Shown piece after piece: positions 16,853-26,848 of a DNA stretch of 64,000 nucleotides (positions are counted from its first letter, which is position 1; each line of letters starts with the position of its first letter). The notes below the pieces were generated by a model. The model saw only the letters and a list, made by a program, of their open reading frames with translations. It made no database searches and was not told the origin of the DNA. Origin of the DNA: a virus (lineage: Duplodnaviria > Caudoviricetes); the IMG/VR virus record IMGVR_UViG_3300034031_000001, positions 487 through 64,486 of that record. One strand, 5' to 3'. Made by a program: the position numbers and the translations under genes.

Positions 16853-17283
16853 TGGCTAAGAGAACCGCCCAGACTATATCAGTATTTTCAAGATGTTATG
16901 GAGATATATTCCCATATAACATGGTATTAGTCTATAAGAAGGATGGAGACTTTAGAGATATGGTAGATGAAGCAAAGAAGGGATTCCCTGACCTAAAGAG
17001 GCTCGATAGTGAGCCCTTTGGTGATGGAGTCTCTGCCTTTGTATTCAGTGATGATACCTCCCCTAGTGGAAATATCTACTTATTCTTTACTGACTCCCTT
17101 ACCATAGATGTGTTAGTACACGAATGTGTCCATGTGACATCCAGAGTATTTGACAAGCTAGACTCCGAACTAAACCCTAGTACAGAGGAGATATTTGCCT
17201 ACACAATGGAGTTCATGTTTAGAGACATTTATTACATGATTACCGATAAAATGAAGGTTGACCTAAGCAAAATATCTCGTTAA
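16852..17283 (+). CDS. HExxH zincin-like protein
   Basis: VLVHECVH followed by EEIFAY. Confidence 0.6.
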   Translation: MAKRTAQTISVFSRCYGDIFPYNMVLVYKKDGDFRDMVDEAKKGFPDLKRLDSEPFGDGVSAFVFSDDTSPSGNIYLFFTDSLTIDVLVHECVHVTSRVFDKLDSELNPSTEEIFAYTMEFMFRDIYYMITDKMKVDLSKISR

Positions 17284-17346
17284 TGCGATGTATTGTCTAA
17301 ACCTCATGTATAGATTTTAACGATAGAGAATTATTCCTTAATATTG
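17279..17346 (+). promoter_or_regulatory. TTAATGCGATGTAT box plus degenerate -7 box upstream of the head operon
   Basis: 23-bp match to 3998-4020; TAATATTG at 17339-17346. Confidence 0.6.
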
Positions 17347-17377
17347 CATTCAATACGTAATAAAAACCAACCAAAAT

Positions 17378-18547
17378 ATGGCAGATAATACCACTGAGGT
17401 AAACTTAGAAGTTATCTCCGAAGATATCTTTAATCAGTTGATGGATGATGCTCCTGTAAAGACAGATGCACCCACAAAGGTTGACCCTAAAGTTGACCTT
17501 GAACCTGAGAAAAAGATTCCTACACGGAGAGAGAAAGCTCCTGAAGGTGATGATACTGATAAAGTAGAGCCTCCTACCAAGACTGATGATGAAGTTAGTA
17601 AAGATATCGACGGTACATTTGATGATACATTAGATGGTGACGATGAAGGTAATGGAGATGCTGATACTAGTATTTTAGAGGCTAAATACAAGGGTCTCGT
17701 AGAGAGAGGTATATGGCAAGAGATTGAGTTACCGGCAGACTTTGAATGGTCTGATGAAACATACGGTGAGATAGCATCAACTCAGGCCCAATGGAAAGCA
17801 GAGGAGATGTTTAATGAGATGCTAGACCAGAGCGGTGACTATGGTAAGGCAATCTTTAATCACATCAAGAATGGTGGTAATCCAGATGAGATTATAACAC
17901 TGTTCAAAGAATCTAAGAAACTTGAAGGTTTAGACATCACAACTGAGGATGGACAACAACAAGCTGTTAGAGACTACTATACAAAAGTAATGGGCTGGTC
18001 AGAAGCTAAGACTACCCGTTTCATAAATAGCGCCATTGACCGCAAGGAATTAAAGACTGAAGCTGAGGAAGTGAAAGGTCTGATGGACAAAGAAATTAAG
18101 AAACAACTTCAGGAAACTGAAAAAGAACAAGCTGCCAAGGTAGAGGCACAGAAAGCTGCTAATGAACAATTTGCTAAGAGTATGGAACAGGCCATCGCGT
18201 CTCGTGAAGACTTTAGTGCAAAAGAACAGAAGCAACTAATGCAAAATCTACTAGTGTTCGACCAAAAACTTTCTGATGGAAGAGTAGCCAACAAGTTCAC
18301 AATGGACTATATGGCACTAAAGTCTGACCCTGCTAAATTTGTTGACCTAATTGCATTCGTATCTAACCCTGAAAAATACATCGAGAAAGTATCCAAGAAA
18401 GCAGAAACAAATACAGCAAAGAAGACTTGGGAGTTTATCAAGAATAGTGGCTCCCTTAATAGAGCAACAGGTACAACACACTCAAGTAGTAAGAATAGCA
18501 AGGAGAAAGACCTTGTAATTGATTATAGAACTTTAAGTAGAGACTAA
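17378..18547 (+). CDS. putative scaffolding/head assembly protein
   Basis: Acidic, coiled-coil 389-aa protein between portal and MCP (crAss-like synteny). Confidence 0.7.
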   Translation: MADNTTEVNLEVISEDIFNQLMDDAPVKTDAPTKVDPKVDLEPEKKIPTRREKAPEGDDTDKVEPPTKTDDEVSKDIDGTFDDTLDGDDEGNGDADTSILEAKYKGLVERGIWQEIELPADFEWSDETYGEIASTQAQWKAEEMFNEMLDQSGDYGKAIFNHIKNGGNPDEIITLFKESKKLEGLDITTEDGQQQAVRDYYTKVMGWSEAKTTRFINSAIDRKELKTEAEEVKGLMDKEIKKQLQETEKEQAAKVEAQKAANEQFAKSMEQAIASREDFSAKEQKQLMQNLLVFDQKLSDGRVANKFTMDYMALKSDPAKFVDLIAFVSNPEKYIEKVSKKAETNTAKKTWEFIKNSGSLNRATGTTHSSSKNSKEKDLVIDYRTLSRD

Positions 18548-18572
18548 CAAACAATAAAAATAGAACAGATAA

Positions 18573-20171
18573 ATGGCATCCTTAACAACTTTTAATAACT
18601 CACTGGTAGTAAGTCAGTCTGAGTTTAAAGCAGGCAAGTATACCGATACCAATACAATTTATTCTTGGTATAAGAAAGATACCTTTACAAATTATAAGGG
18701 TATGCTTGCACTTTGGAACCAGCGCAGACTGGTTAACACTCCACTATTGAACATGACTGAGTTGAAGAACAACGTCGTATATGTTAATGGTGCTGAGGGT
18801 AAATTCTCCTACAGTGTTCCTTACGAAATTGGCTTGCCAGTTATGGTAGAGAACATGGTATCTGGTAACTCAACTCCGGGTATTGATGGTCAGAAATTCA
18901 AAATTAAGCTGAGTGAAGATTGCTTCACTAATACAGACAGAATCACTTATGATTATCGTGATGGTATCGAACTTTACGTTACCGAAGACGAAATCTATCA
19001 TGAGAATGGGGGTTATGTATACACCGTGCAAGTAGTATCTTTCGACAGAAAGAATGCCTATTTCCCACCTGCAAAGCTTGCACCCGGTACTCCATTCATG
19101 AAGATATCTAACTCTAACCATGAGTATGATACACAGAAGTCTAGCATCACTACTAAGTTTGGTAGCTTGAAGCTTGAGAATCAGATTGGTGGTGCACGTT
19201 CAGTTTACCACTGGATTACAGCATATGCTGACATGTTGAAGGTTAGTGACCCTAACATGGCGTGGATATCATCTGTATATGGTGACCTGAAGAATTCCAA
19301 CTCTACAATGGTTATGTATAACCTTGATGAAGCTGGTAAACCTAAGAAGGGTTCTCTCCGCTGGATGAGCATGGTTGAGGCTATGTTATGGGCAGAGATG
19401 AAGAAGATGGAAGAAATGGACTTGATGTGGTCTAAAGGTGGTGTGGTTGAAGGTTCTGGTAGAACTCCAGTGCGTGTAGGTATGGGCTTGTATGAGCAAA
19501 TGCGTAATGGTACACGTCTGAAATACACAACTCTTTCTAAGGCAATGTTGGATGGTCTGTTTGGACAGTTATTCTACAACTCAGGTATTCCAATTGAGAA
19601 GCGTAGAGTTAAGGTACAAGTAGGTACTGGCGCAATGATTGAGGTTCAGAAATTAATTGAGAATGAATTTGGTAAGACTCCATTTACAGTTAACGCTAGT
19701 GATGTAGGATTACTTAAGGGAGATTCTCAGAATCTGAAATTTGGTTACAGATTTACATCAATGCAGTTCCCTACAGCGGGATGGGTTGAATTCGAAATTA
19801 ACCCTGCATTTGACAACTTATATAACAGAGTAGCTGATGGACTTATCGGAGAGTTCCCAGTACACTCTTACACGCTTGCAATCTTTGACGTAACAAACGA
19901 CAGAGAGACTAATGCAGCTGCTAAGATGGATACTCAGTTCCGTTATGAGCAAGGTGCAAACAATGGCTCTAACATAACACTAGTTAAACCTGAAGGTATG
20001 GATGGCATTGTATGGGGTTATGAACTCGGTACACACGCACCAAACTGGATGAGTAGCGGCCCAATCTACTCTACTTCACAAAGAGATGGTTATGCTATCT
20101 GGATGAAGAGTATGAGTGCAATATGGCTGAAAGATGCTTCTAGAAGTATCCTGCTTGAAAAGAATGTATAA
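18573..20171 (+). CDS. major capsid protein
   Basis: 532 aa; PGIDGQKFKIKL, YTVQ, GMGLYEQM, GYRFTS, NPAFD, IWLKDASR motifs and synteny of crAss-like MCPs. Confidence 0.9.
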   Translation: MASLTTFNNSLVVSQSEFKAGKYTDTNTIYSWYKKDTFTNYKGMLALWNQRRLVNTPLLNMTELKNNVVYVNGAEGKFSYSVPYEIGLPVMVENMVSGNSTPGIDGQKFKIKLSEDCFTNTDRITYDYRDGIELYVTEDEIYHENGGYVYTVQVVSFDRKNAYFPPAKLAPGTPFMKISNSNHEYDTQKSSITTKFGSLKLENQIGGARSVYHWITAYADMLKVSDPNMAWISSVYGDLKNSNSTMVMYNLDEAGKPKKGSLRWMSMVEAMLWAEMKKMEEMDLMWSKGGVVEGSGRTPVRVGMGLYEQMRNGTRLKYTTLSKAMLDGLFGQLFYNSGIPIEKRRVKVQVGTGAMIEVQKLIENEFGKTPFTVNASDVGLLKGDSQNLKFGYRFTSMQFPTAGWVEFEINPAFDNLYNRVADGLIGEFPVHSYTLAIFDVTNDRETNAAAKMDTQFRYEQGANNGSNITLVKPEGMDGIVWGYELGTHAPNWMSSGPIYSTSQRDGYAIWMKSMSAIWLKDASRSILLEKNV

Positions 20172-20180
20172 TGAAATTGT

Positions 20181-20215
20181 GGGGTGCTATTAAATACTTA
20201 GTAGCACCTCCCTTT
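20181..20215 (+). terminator. stem-loop after MCP
   Basis: GGGGTGCTATTAA...TTAGTAGCACCTC followed by CCTTT. Confidence 0.55.
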
Positions 20216-20249
20216 ATACCTTCCAAACTAATAACAAAACCAACATATA

Positions 20250-21137
20250 ATGAGTAGCAATTTCGTAAGGTTCAAAGAGAACGCGAGTAAATCTAGGCCT
20301 AACCTCGGATTAGAGGCTGATGGCAGAAGTAAATTCCCTAATTGTGTAGACTTGTATCAACCAGCCTTAGGCCCTGATGGCAGATGGTTAACTGGTATGG
20401 ACGAGAACGCACACTCAGTATTGATTATACAAGACGCGACAGAAAGGGAAGCTAAGAGAGAGGCATTGAAAAAGGAGAGAGAGTCATTAGAGTCTCTGAC
20501 TAATATTGACCTTTCAGGTAAGAGTGCATTTTGGAATACATATTGGGTTGAAGTTAACCCAAACAAACCTCTTAATCTAACTAATCCTCTTGACCGTATT
20601 AAGTATAATGTACTATTAGTATCTGATGTAGTTGCCCCAACTCTCAAGGATGCAAATAGAGCTGAATACAAAAATGCAAAATACTACATTGCTCGTGAAT
20701 TCGAGGATGTGACTGATAGACTAGAGAAAAGGAGAAACAAGGATGAAGCTAGTGCAGCTCTACTTGAGTTACTGAAGGTGCCTAATAGGGCAGTATTAGT
20801 TGCCAAGTATTTAGAGTTACCTATTAATGAGTCCACACCTCCTGAGAATGTATACGATATATTCGGTACATATCTCGACAATGATGAGAAATTAGATTCA
20901 GTTAATAAGTTTCTTTCTGCTGTGAGGAAATCTCCTGAAGAAATCAACATTAAGCTAATCTTCGCTGATGCTGTAAAATGGAATGTTATTAGACGTAGAG
21001 ATAATCTATATCAAAGAGGTAACATCACATTAGGTAGAGAGCCTAAGGAAGTTATTACTTTCTTAACTGATGTGAAGAATAGTGGAGAGTTGTTATCTAT
21101 ACAGGAGGAAGTAGAAATGAAGCGCAAGTTCGGATAA
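20250..21137 (+). CDS. conserved crAss-like protein downstream of MCP
   Basis: 295 aa; GRWLTGMDE, FW, LNLTNPLD motifs; synteny. Confidence 0.7.
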   Translation: MSSNFVRFKENASKSRPNLGLEADGRSKFPNCVDLYQPALGPDGRWLTGMDENAHSVLIIQDATEREAKREALKKERESLESLTNIDLSGKSAFWNTYWVEVNPNKPLNLTNPLDRIKYNVLLVSDVVAPTLKDANRAEYKNAKYYIAREFEDVTDRLEKRRNKDEASAALLELLKVPNRAVLVAKYLELPINESTPPENVYDIFGTYLDNDEKLDSVNKFLSAVRKSPEEINIKLIFADAVKWNVIRRRDNLYQRGNITLGREPKEVITFLTDVKNSGELLSIQEEVEMKRKFG

Positions 21138-21140
21138 TAA

Positions 21141-21812
21141 ATGACAGCACTAGAGGCTTATAAAGAGTTTGAACTAAAGATAAATGGTCTGGACAACTCT
21201 AGTAATGTAGATATATCTCCGGGTGAGTTCATAATGTTATACAATGAACAACAGCCCAAATGGTTCTCAAGTAAGTTTGAAGAGAGAAGTTCAAGGTATG
21301 CGATAGATGAAGTTGAGGGTCTAGTTGAACTAGATAAAACCCTAGAGATTGAGTCGATAACTGGAAGGTATGTTAATTGTAAACTACCTTCCAATTATTT
21401 TGACCATATCAAGACTCATATATTAGCATCAAGAGCCTCCTGTACTGAGAAGTTACTTAAGACACATGAGGTAAAATTATTAGAGCTTGAGTCCTATCTA
21501 GGTGACCACTTTAATTCACCTTCATTTGATTACAGAGAAACTGTAATTACTTTTGCAGGAAACAAAATACAAGTATATAAGACAGACTTTGAAGTAAAGT
21601 CCGTGCTTATGACATATTATAGATACCCGGTTAAGATTGATATCGCCGGGTATAAACATGTAGATGGTACAGACTCCTCTAATGTCAACCCAGAGCTTCC
21701 AGATGAAGCGGTAAGGGAGGTGTTAGATATGTGTGCACTAGAAGTACAGAGAACTTTTCAAAACGTTGAAGGATTTCAACTATCAACAGATAGAGTAAAC
21801 AGAAACAAATAG
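21141..21812 (+). CDS. putative tail ring/adaptor protein
   Basis: LPSNY, PSFDYRET, TYYRYP, PELP motifs; synteny. Confidence 0.65.
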   Translation: MTALEAYKEFELKINGLDNSSNVDISPGEFIMLYNEQQPKWFSSKFEERSSRYAIDEVEGLVELDKTLEIESITGRYVNCKLPSNYFDHIKTHILASRASCTEKLLKTHEVKLLELESYLGDHFNSPSFDYRETVITFAGNKIQVYKTDFEVKSVLMTYYRYPVKIDIAGYKHVDGTDSSNVNPELPDEAVREVLDMCALEVQRTFQNVEGFQLSTDRVNRNK

Positions 21813-21838
21813 ATTAACAACAACAAAACAATAGAATA

Positions 21839-22960
21839 ATGGTAGGTTTGAATCAAAATTTTACAAAGGTATTCGTAACCAATAACAATACCTTACTCGC
21901 TGCTGGTACTACCACTGCCCTCGCAGATGGTCAATTGGGTATCTTCAATGCGGACACTTATGTAGCTGATGCTACACCAACTTGGGCTGAGGAAAAGGCA
22001 ATTATAATTGCTCAAGGTACTCCTGATTACAGTGGATTCCCTAGTGGAGCTGGTATCAGAAATGAGACTGATAAGTCCAAGATTATAGTTGGTAAGAAGA
22101 TTACTGGCTGGAGAAGAAAAGACTATAGTGCTGGTGCTAATCACATCATGACTATTGGTTGGGATGGTGTTAATGGTAACAAAGACACTAAGAACATGGA
22201 TATCAAGTGTGATGAGGTTAAACACCTGTACATCAGACTGACTGGTAAACCTATCGAAGATTTGTTTCCGGGTGGTTATATGTTACACGTAGAAGCTCAA
22301 GGCCCTTGTTGCGAGACATGCGGTGACAACTGTGCTGATGTTGACCCAACAATGCTGAGAGACCAATTCTATGATAGAATCGTTGAACACGAATTCTTAG
22401 GTGGTATCTCAATACTTAAGTACATCACAGTAACTAAGTTGACATCTACTAACACAGCTGGTGACCCAGTAGTAGGTTTGAAGTTTGAAAGTGCATTTGT
22501 TGATAGAGTTACATCAGCATGTTACTACAACTTATTCCCTTACAATGCTGACCCAATCCATATCCAATTAAGCGAATACAATCCTGATTGGCATGGTACT
22601 CCTGAAAGATGTATCAGCACATTCCCTGTAACTGAAATACAAGCAGTAGCCTATCCATTTGGTTCTGGCGAATATGTAATCCGTTACGAAGAGAATGCTA
22701 AGAAGTGGGATGGTCAGTACTATTCTGATGACATGGCTACGAGAGCAGCTTATGGTCAAAGATTACTGGCAGTGCCTACAACTAACTATGACCAATATAC
22801 TCTAAGCTTTGACTTTGATTATAAGGTACTTGGTTGGTCTGATACATACAGAGATAGCTACAACATTGAAGTATTTGTACCTACGGGTCAAACAGCTTTC
22901 AGAACTGCTATCAATACATATGTAAATAGTGTAACAGGGCTTGGTATAGCTACAGTATAA
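21839..22960 (+). CDS. putative auxiliary capsid/structural protein
   Basis: 373 aa beta-rich; LADGQLGIF; followed by a terminator-like hairpin. Confidence 0.6.
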   Translation: MVGLNQNFTKVFVTNNNTLLAAGTTTALADGQLGIFNADTYVADATPTWAEEKAIIIAQGTPDYSGFPSGAGIRNETDKSKIIVGKKITGWRRKDYSAGANHIMTIGWDGVNGNKDTKNMDIKCDEVKHLYIRLTGKPIEDLFPGGYMLHVEAQGPCCETCGDNCADVDPTMLRDQFYDRIVEHEFLGGISILKYITVTKLTSTNTAGDPVVGLKFESAFVDRVTSACYYNLFPYNADPIHIQLSEYNPDWHGTPERCISTFPVTEIQAVAYPFGSGEYVIRYEENAKKWDGQYYSDDMATRAAYGQRLLAVPTTNYDQYTLSFDFDYKVLGWSDTYRDSYNIEVFVPTGQTAFRTAINTYVNSVTGLGIATV

Positions 22961-22975
22961 TTCTAACAATAACTT

Positions 22976-23006
22976 GGTGGGAGGGGAAACTCTCCCATCA
23001 CTTTAT
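22976..23006 (+). terminator. intrinsic terminator
   Basis: GGTGGGAGGG-GAAA-CTCTCCCATC then ACTTTATT. Confidence 0.6.
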
Positions 23007-23020
23007 TAACTAATGCATAA

Positions 23021-23554
23021 ATGGATACTAATTTAGACTTCTCTATTATTGAAAATGGTAATTGCAAGACAATTACTATAGTTGATGGCTCAATTTATGC
23101 TAGTGGTCAGACAATCTCTGAACCCAAGTTTACTGTATATATACCCGGATTTACTGACCCAGTGGTTGTGAATATGGTTCCCAAGATAATTAATGTAATC
23201 AACAGTAATAATCTGAACCTGACATGCACTACAGATGTTAATGCATTGACGGTACTACCTGATGGAATATACAAGGCAACTTATAGTATAAAGCCATCTG
23301 CAACTTACTCCATAGAAAAGATGTTTCTTAGGACGTGTAAGTTGGAGTGTAAGTTTGACAATGCACTTTTAAAGTTAGATATGCTCAACTGTTTCGACGG
23401 TAACATACCTAACAAAATTGTCAAGTTAAGGGAGATTGAATTCCTAATAATGAGTGCTAAGGCAGCAGCTAATGCGTGTAACCCTAAGCTAGCCTTAGAG
23501 CTTTATATGAGAGCAGATAAGGAACTAAATAAAATTGAGGCTAAGTGTCTCTAA
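23021..23554 (+). CDS. putative structural protein (tail hub-like)
   Basis: LPDGIYKATYSI motif; Cys-containing helical C-terminus. Confidence 0.6.
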   Translation: MDTNLDFSIIENGNCKTITIVDGSIYASGQTISEPKFTVYIPGFTDPVVVNMVPKIINVINSNNLNLTCTTDVNALTVLPDGIYKATYSIKPSATYSIEKMFLRTCKLECKFDNALLKLDMLNCFDGNIPNKIVKLREIEFLIMSAKAAANACNPKLALELYMRADKELNKIEAKCL

Positions 23555-23569
23555 CAAAACCCAAACAAT

Positions 23570-23710
23570 ATGGCACAGTGTAAAACTTGTGGAAAAGAAG
23601 TAGGTTGCCCATGTAACCTTGATAAAAATGGAAATTGCAGTAAATGCGCTAGTAACGCCACTAAACAAGTAAATGTTACTACCCCAACTGTAAAAAATAC
23701 TAAGCAATAA
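23570..23710 (+). CDS. small Cys-rich protein (46 aa, not in ORF track)
   Basis: MAQCKTCGKEVGCPCNLDKNGNCSKC...; A-rich leader; TAATG coupling to 23710. Confidence 0.7.
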   Translation: MAQCKTCGKEVGCPCNLDKNGNCSKCASNATKQVNVTTPTVKNTKQ

Positions 23711-23988
23711 TGCTCAATCAATCAACAGGAAAGTCTAATTGTCCGTGCGGTGCAGATAAAGTATCAGTAATGCTATCTAAAATTGATGGTAAGCTGGTAG
23801 GTTATGCTAACAAGCATCTTAATTATCTTAAGTATGACACTGACTCTCCCTTTGATATGGACGAGGTATCTATGCTCATGTCCCTTAAAAGGATGTTTGT
23901 AGCTAAATCTACCTTGTGTACAGAGTGCTTTGCTGGACTACCTTTAGAAAATATTTGTTCAAAAATACTTAGGATAATTAGTAAATGA
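23710..23988 (+). CDS. hypothetical structural protein
   Basis: 92 aa, coupled to both neighbours. Confidence 0.6.
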   Translation: MLNQSTGKSNCPCGADKVSVMLSKIDGKLVGYANKHLNYLKYDTDSPFDMDEVSMLMSLKRMFVAKSTLCTECFAGLPLENICSKILRIISK

Positions 23989-25109
23989 GCTGCGTAACAG
24001 ATTACTCTACATTATGTTCTGGTGAAGTAGTCTCTACCAACTGTATCAGCTGGCAAGGAATTAATCTTCCTTGTTTGGGTATAGTTAAGGGAGATGCTTT
24101 AACTAAATTAGAGGAGGCAATAGCAAGTAAGCTTTGTGCATTGGATGTGGCAGTTGATATGTCTACAGCTACTCTATGCCCTGACTTAGTGGCTCTTATA
24201 GGCACTCAGGACAGGAATGCAGGCAACTTACTGAAGATATTACTTACATATAGCTGTACCCTTAAAGGGCTTATAGACAGCTTAACAACACAAGTAGGGG
24301 AGACACAGAGCCTTAACTTAGACTTCAAGTGTATAGAGATAGGAGCTACTGGTGACCCTTGTGACCCAACTTATGGCGCATACACAGTTAATACAGTATT
24401 GCAAATACTTATTGATAACATATGTGACCTCAAAGTTGCTATCGACCAAATTAATAGTACAATTAGTACTACTGTAACTGACGGTATAGGAACTGCATTA
24501 GCCAACATGTTGTCCTCTTGTATGACTAACAGGATAACACCTGTAGGCTCAGGAGCTTCAACTAAAATAATGTTCAGTGGTTTCGTACCACCTTTTGTAG
24601 CACTCCCTTACTTTGGCCCACTGACACACTTTGATGCTTCAGGTAAAGGAGCAGATAATAGTCCTTACTGTGGATTCTATCTGTGTAATGGGCTTAATGG
24701 TACACCTGATATGAGAGGTAGAGTACCAGTAGGTGCCGTTAATGGTGTAGGTGGTGGAGCACTTCATCAACAAGTTGACCCTAGTCTACCACATAATAGT
24801 GGTGCAGGATATAGTATCAATGACATTGGTGGTGAGGTTAGACATAAGAATACAATAAATGAAATGCCTGACCACGGTCACACAGCTAGTACTCAACCTC
24901 ACTCACATAGTGCTGGTAAAGTTGTCGCTGACAAACCTATAGTATATCCTAACATGATTATGTTACAGGGTAATACTGACATAGGATTACGTAACGTACA
25001 GGGTGACTCTGCTACAGTACAGGTAACAATAGGAAATACTGGGGGTGATGCGTTCCATGAGAATAGAATGCCTTACAGAGCCTGTGCTTTCATAATGATG
25101 ATAAACTAA
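23985..25109 (+). CDS. tail fibre/baseplate-like protein with tail-collar domain
   Basis: Cys-rich coiled N-terminus; FYLCNGLNGTPDMRGRVPVG, GGEVRH..TINEMPDHGH, HENRMPY. Confidence 0.75.
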   Translation: MSCVTDYSTLCSGEVVSTNCISWQGINLPCLGIVKGDALTKLEEAIASKLCALDVAVDMSTATLCPDLVALIGTQDRNAGNLLKILLTYSCTLKGLIDSLTTQVGETQSLNLDFKCIEIGATGDPCDPTYGAYTVNTVLQILIDNICDLKVAIDQINSTISTTVTDGIGTALANMLSSCMTNRITPVGSGASTKIMFSGFVPPFVALPYFGPLTHFDASGKGADNSPYCGFYLCNGLNGTPDMRGRVPVGAVNGVGGGALHQQVDPSLPHNSGAGYSINDIGGEVRHKNTINEMPDHGHTASTQPHSHSAGKVVADKPIVYPNMIMLQGNTDIGLRNVQGDSATVQVTIGNTGGDAFHENRMPYRACAFIMMIN

Positions 25110-25113
25110 TAAT

Positions 25114-26691
25114 ATGAGCTGTACATCTTGTAACGAATCTAATCCAACTTTAAACTATGTCCCTTGTGAGACAACTCCTGCTCAAGTAGGTTGCTTAAAC
25201 ATTATTGATGCTCAGTGTGTCGTATATTTAGGTGATGACCTCACTTGCTTAGGTGTGGGCACAGGTACTAGACTTGAAGCTATCTTACAGCTTATAGATA
25301 CTAAGTTGTGTGGTGCTGATGGGGAGAGCCCATACAGTAACTACAATACTTACTGCTTACTTACAGGTGAAGATGAGTCTCCTGCTACTCAACAAGAGTT
25401 TGTAGAGACTATCTCTGAGTATGTATGTAATACACAGACACAACTTAATACCTTTGTTAATAGTACCTATGCAGGCAACTATGCTTCACAAAATACAAGA
25501 ATAACTAATGTTGAGAAGCCTGTAGGATTACACAGTAACTCATATATTACAATACCAGAGGCTGCCACACAGACACAGATGTTACAATTACATACTGATA
25601 AGTTGGCTGACCTTAACACTAGAACCTCCCTTAATGGAGTTACGTGGAACTCATGTTACACAGTTGACCCATTACCTACAAGTATAGCACAGGGTTTTAA
25701 TACTGTCCTGACACAAATATGCACTCTTAGGAATCAGGTTAGTGGAGCTGGTGATACATATAAGATTAAGACTAGGAATACGGATACTAATCCTGACTAC
25801 TTATACAATAAGTTTAAATCTACAGCTAGTGTGGCATTCTACACTATGACTGAGACTAATGGAGTAGAGAAGATATTTGCTGAGATTCCTACAATGGAGA
25901 AGCATATCTTTGATATGAATCAGTTTGATATCAATCAGGTATCTGCTGATGCAACCAGTGTAACTAAGTTAGTCTCTATTAAACCTAGTGCATTCCCTAC
26001 ACCCGAGAATACAGTTGACTGTACCTCAGTAATGGGAGTATACAGCAACTATACAACAGGTGCCTTACCCGGTGTGTTAGTGGGTAGTAATGCTGAAACA
26101 GGTGAATGTCAGAGGTTTGAAATACCTGCCATCAAGAATGCAATGTTTACAGGGTACACTACAGGTGACTATGTAATCATGTATGATGCTGATGCAACAG
26201 TAGAGAGTGCTAAGATTCAGCTTAAAACATACACTCCCGTAACTAACACTGATACTAACATATACAATTCAGATGGTACTGTGTCTGGTAATAGAGTCAT
26301 AACAGGTGACCCCGCTAATACTATCAGATTTGCTGGATTCAATGATTTCACTATCGGTGCAGATGTAGATTTTAATGCTGGAGGACAGGGTTATATAGGT
26401 GGATTTGGAATGGCTATTAATGTAGTTCCTAAGACATCTGACTACTCTGCTACTAAGAATGATAGCACTATTGTAGTGGATACCACTGGTGGAAACGTTA
26501 TGATTACTCTACCAACCACAGGTATAACAGGTGGTAAGATATTCATAATCAAAAAGATTGCAGCATCTAACAACGTTATAATTGATGTTACAGGAGAAGC
26601 TACTATAGATGGAGCTTCTACTAAGACTATTACAACACAATGGGATTTGCTCAGATTACAATTTAATGGTACTGGTTACTACATAATATAA
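25114..26691 (+). CDS. putative fibre/structural protein
   Basis: Cys-rich N-terminus like that of the upstream gene (CVVYLG..L.CLG); C-terminal ITLP..GKIFIIKK..TIDG module. Confidence 0.6.
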   Translation: MSCTSCNESNPTLNYVPCETTPAQVGCLNIIDAQCVVYLGDDLTCLGVGTGTRLEAILQLIDTKLCGADGESPYSNYNTYCLLTGEDESPATQQEFVETISEYVCNTQTQLNTFVNSTYAGNYASQNTRITNVEKPVGLHSNSYITIPEAATQTQMLQLHTDKLADLNTRTSLNGVTWNSCYTVDPLPTSIAQGFNTVLTQICTLRNQVSGAGDTYKIKTRNTDTNPDYLYNKFKSTASVAFYTMTETNGVEKIFAEIPTMEKHIFDMNQFDINQVSADATSVTKLVSIKPSAFPTPENTVDCTSVMGVYSNYTTGALPGVLVGSNAETGECQRFEIPAIKNAMFTGYTTGDYVIMYDADATVESAKIQLKTYTPVTNTDTNIYNSDGTVSGNRVITGDPANTIRFAGFNDFTIGADVDFNAGGQGYIGGFGMAINVVPKTSDYSATKNDSTIVVDTTGGNVMITLPTTGITGGKIFIIKKIAASNNVIIDVTGEATIDGASTKTITTQWDLLRLQFNGTGYYII

Positions 26692-26723
26692 TACCCGCGT
26701 TTTTGTTTGGTTTTACGCAATGG

Positions 26724-26758
26724 GGGCTCGGATGTATCTACATCGCGGGCCTTTTTTA
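26724..26758 (+). terminator. intrinsic terminator
   Basis: GGCTCG-GATGTA-TC-TACATC-GCGGGCC then a T-run. Confidence 0.65.
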
Positions 26759-26848
26759 TGTCCCTATAGCAAAAGTTTATTAGGAAATGCAAAAAATACG
26801 CTGTAACTTCGCCATACGAAATTGATAACAATTAAAAACTAAACAAAG

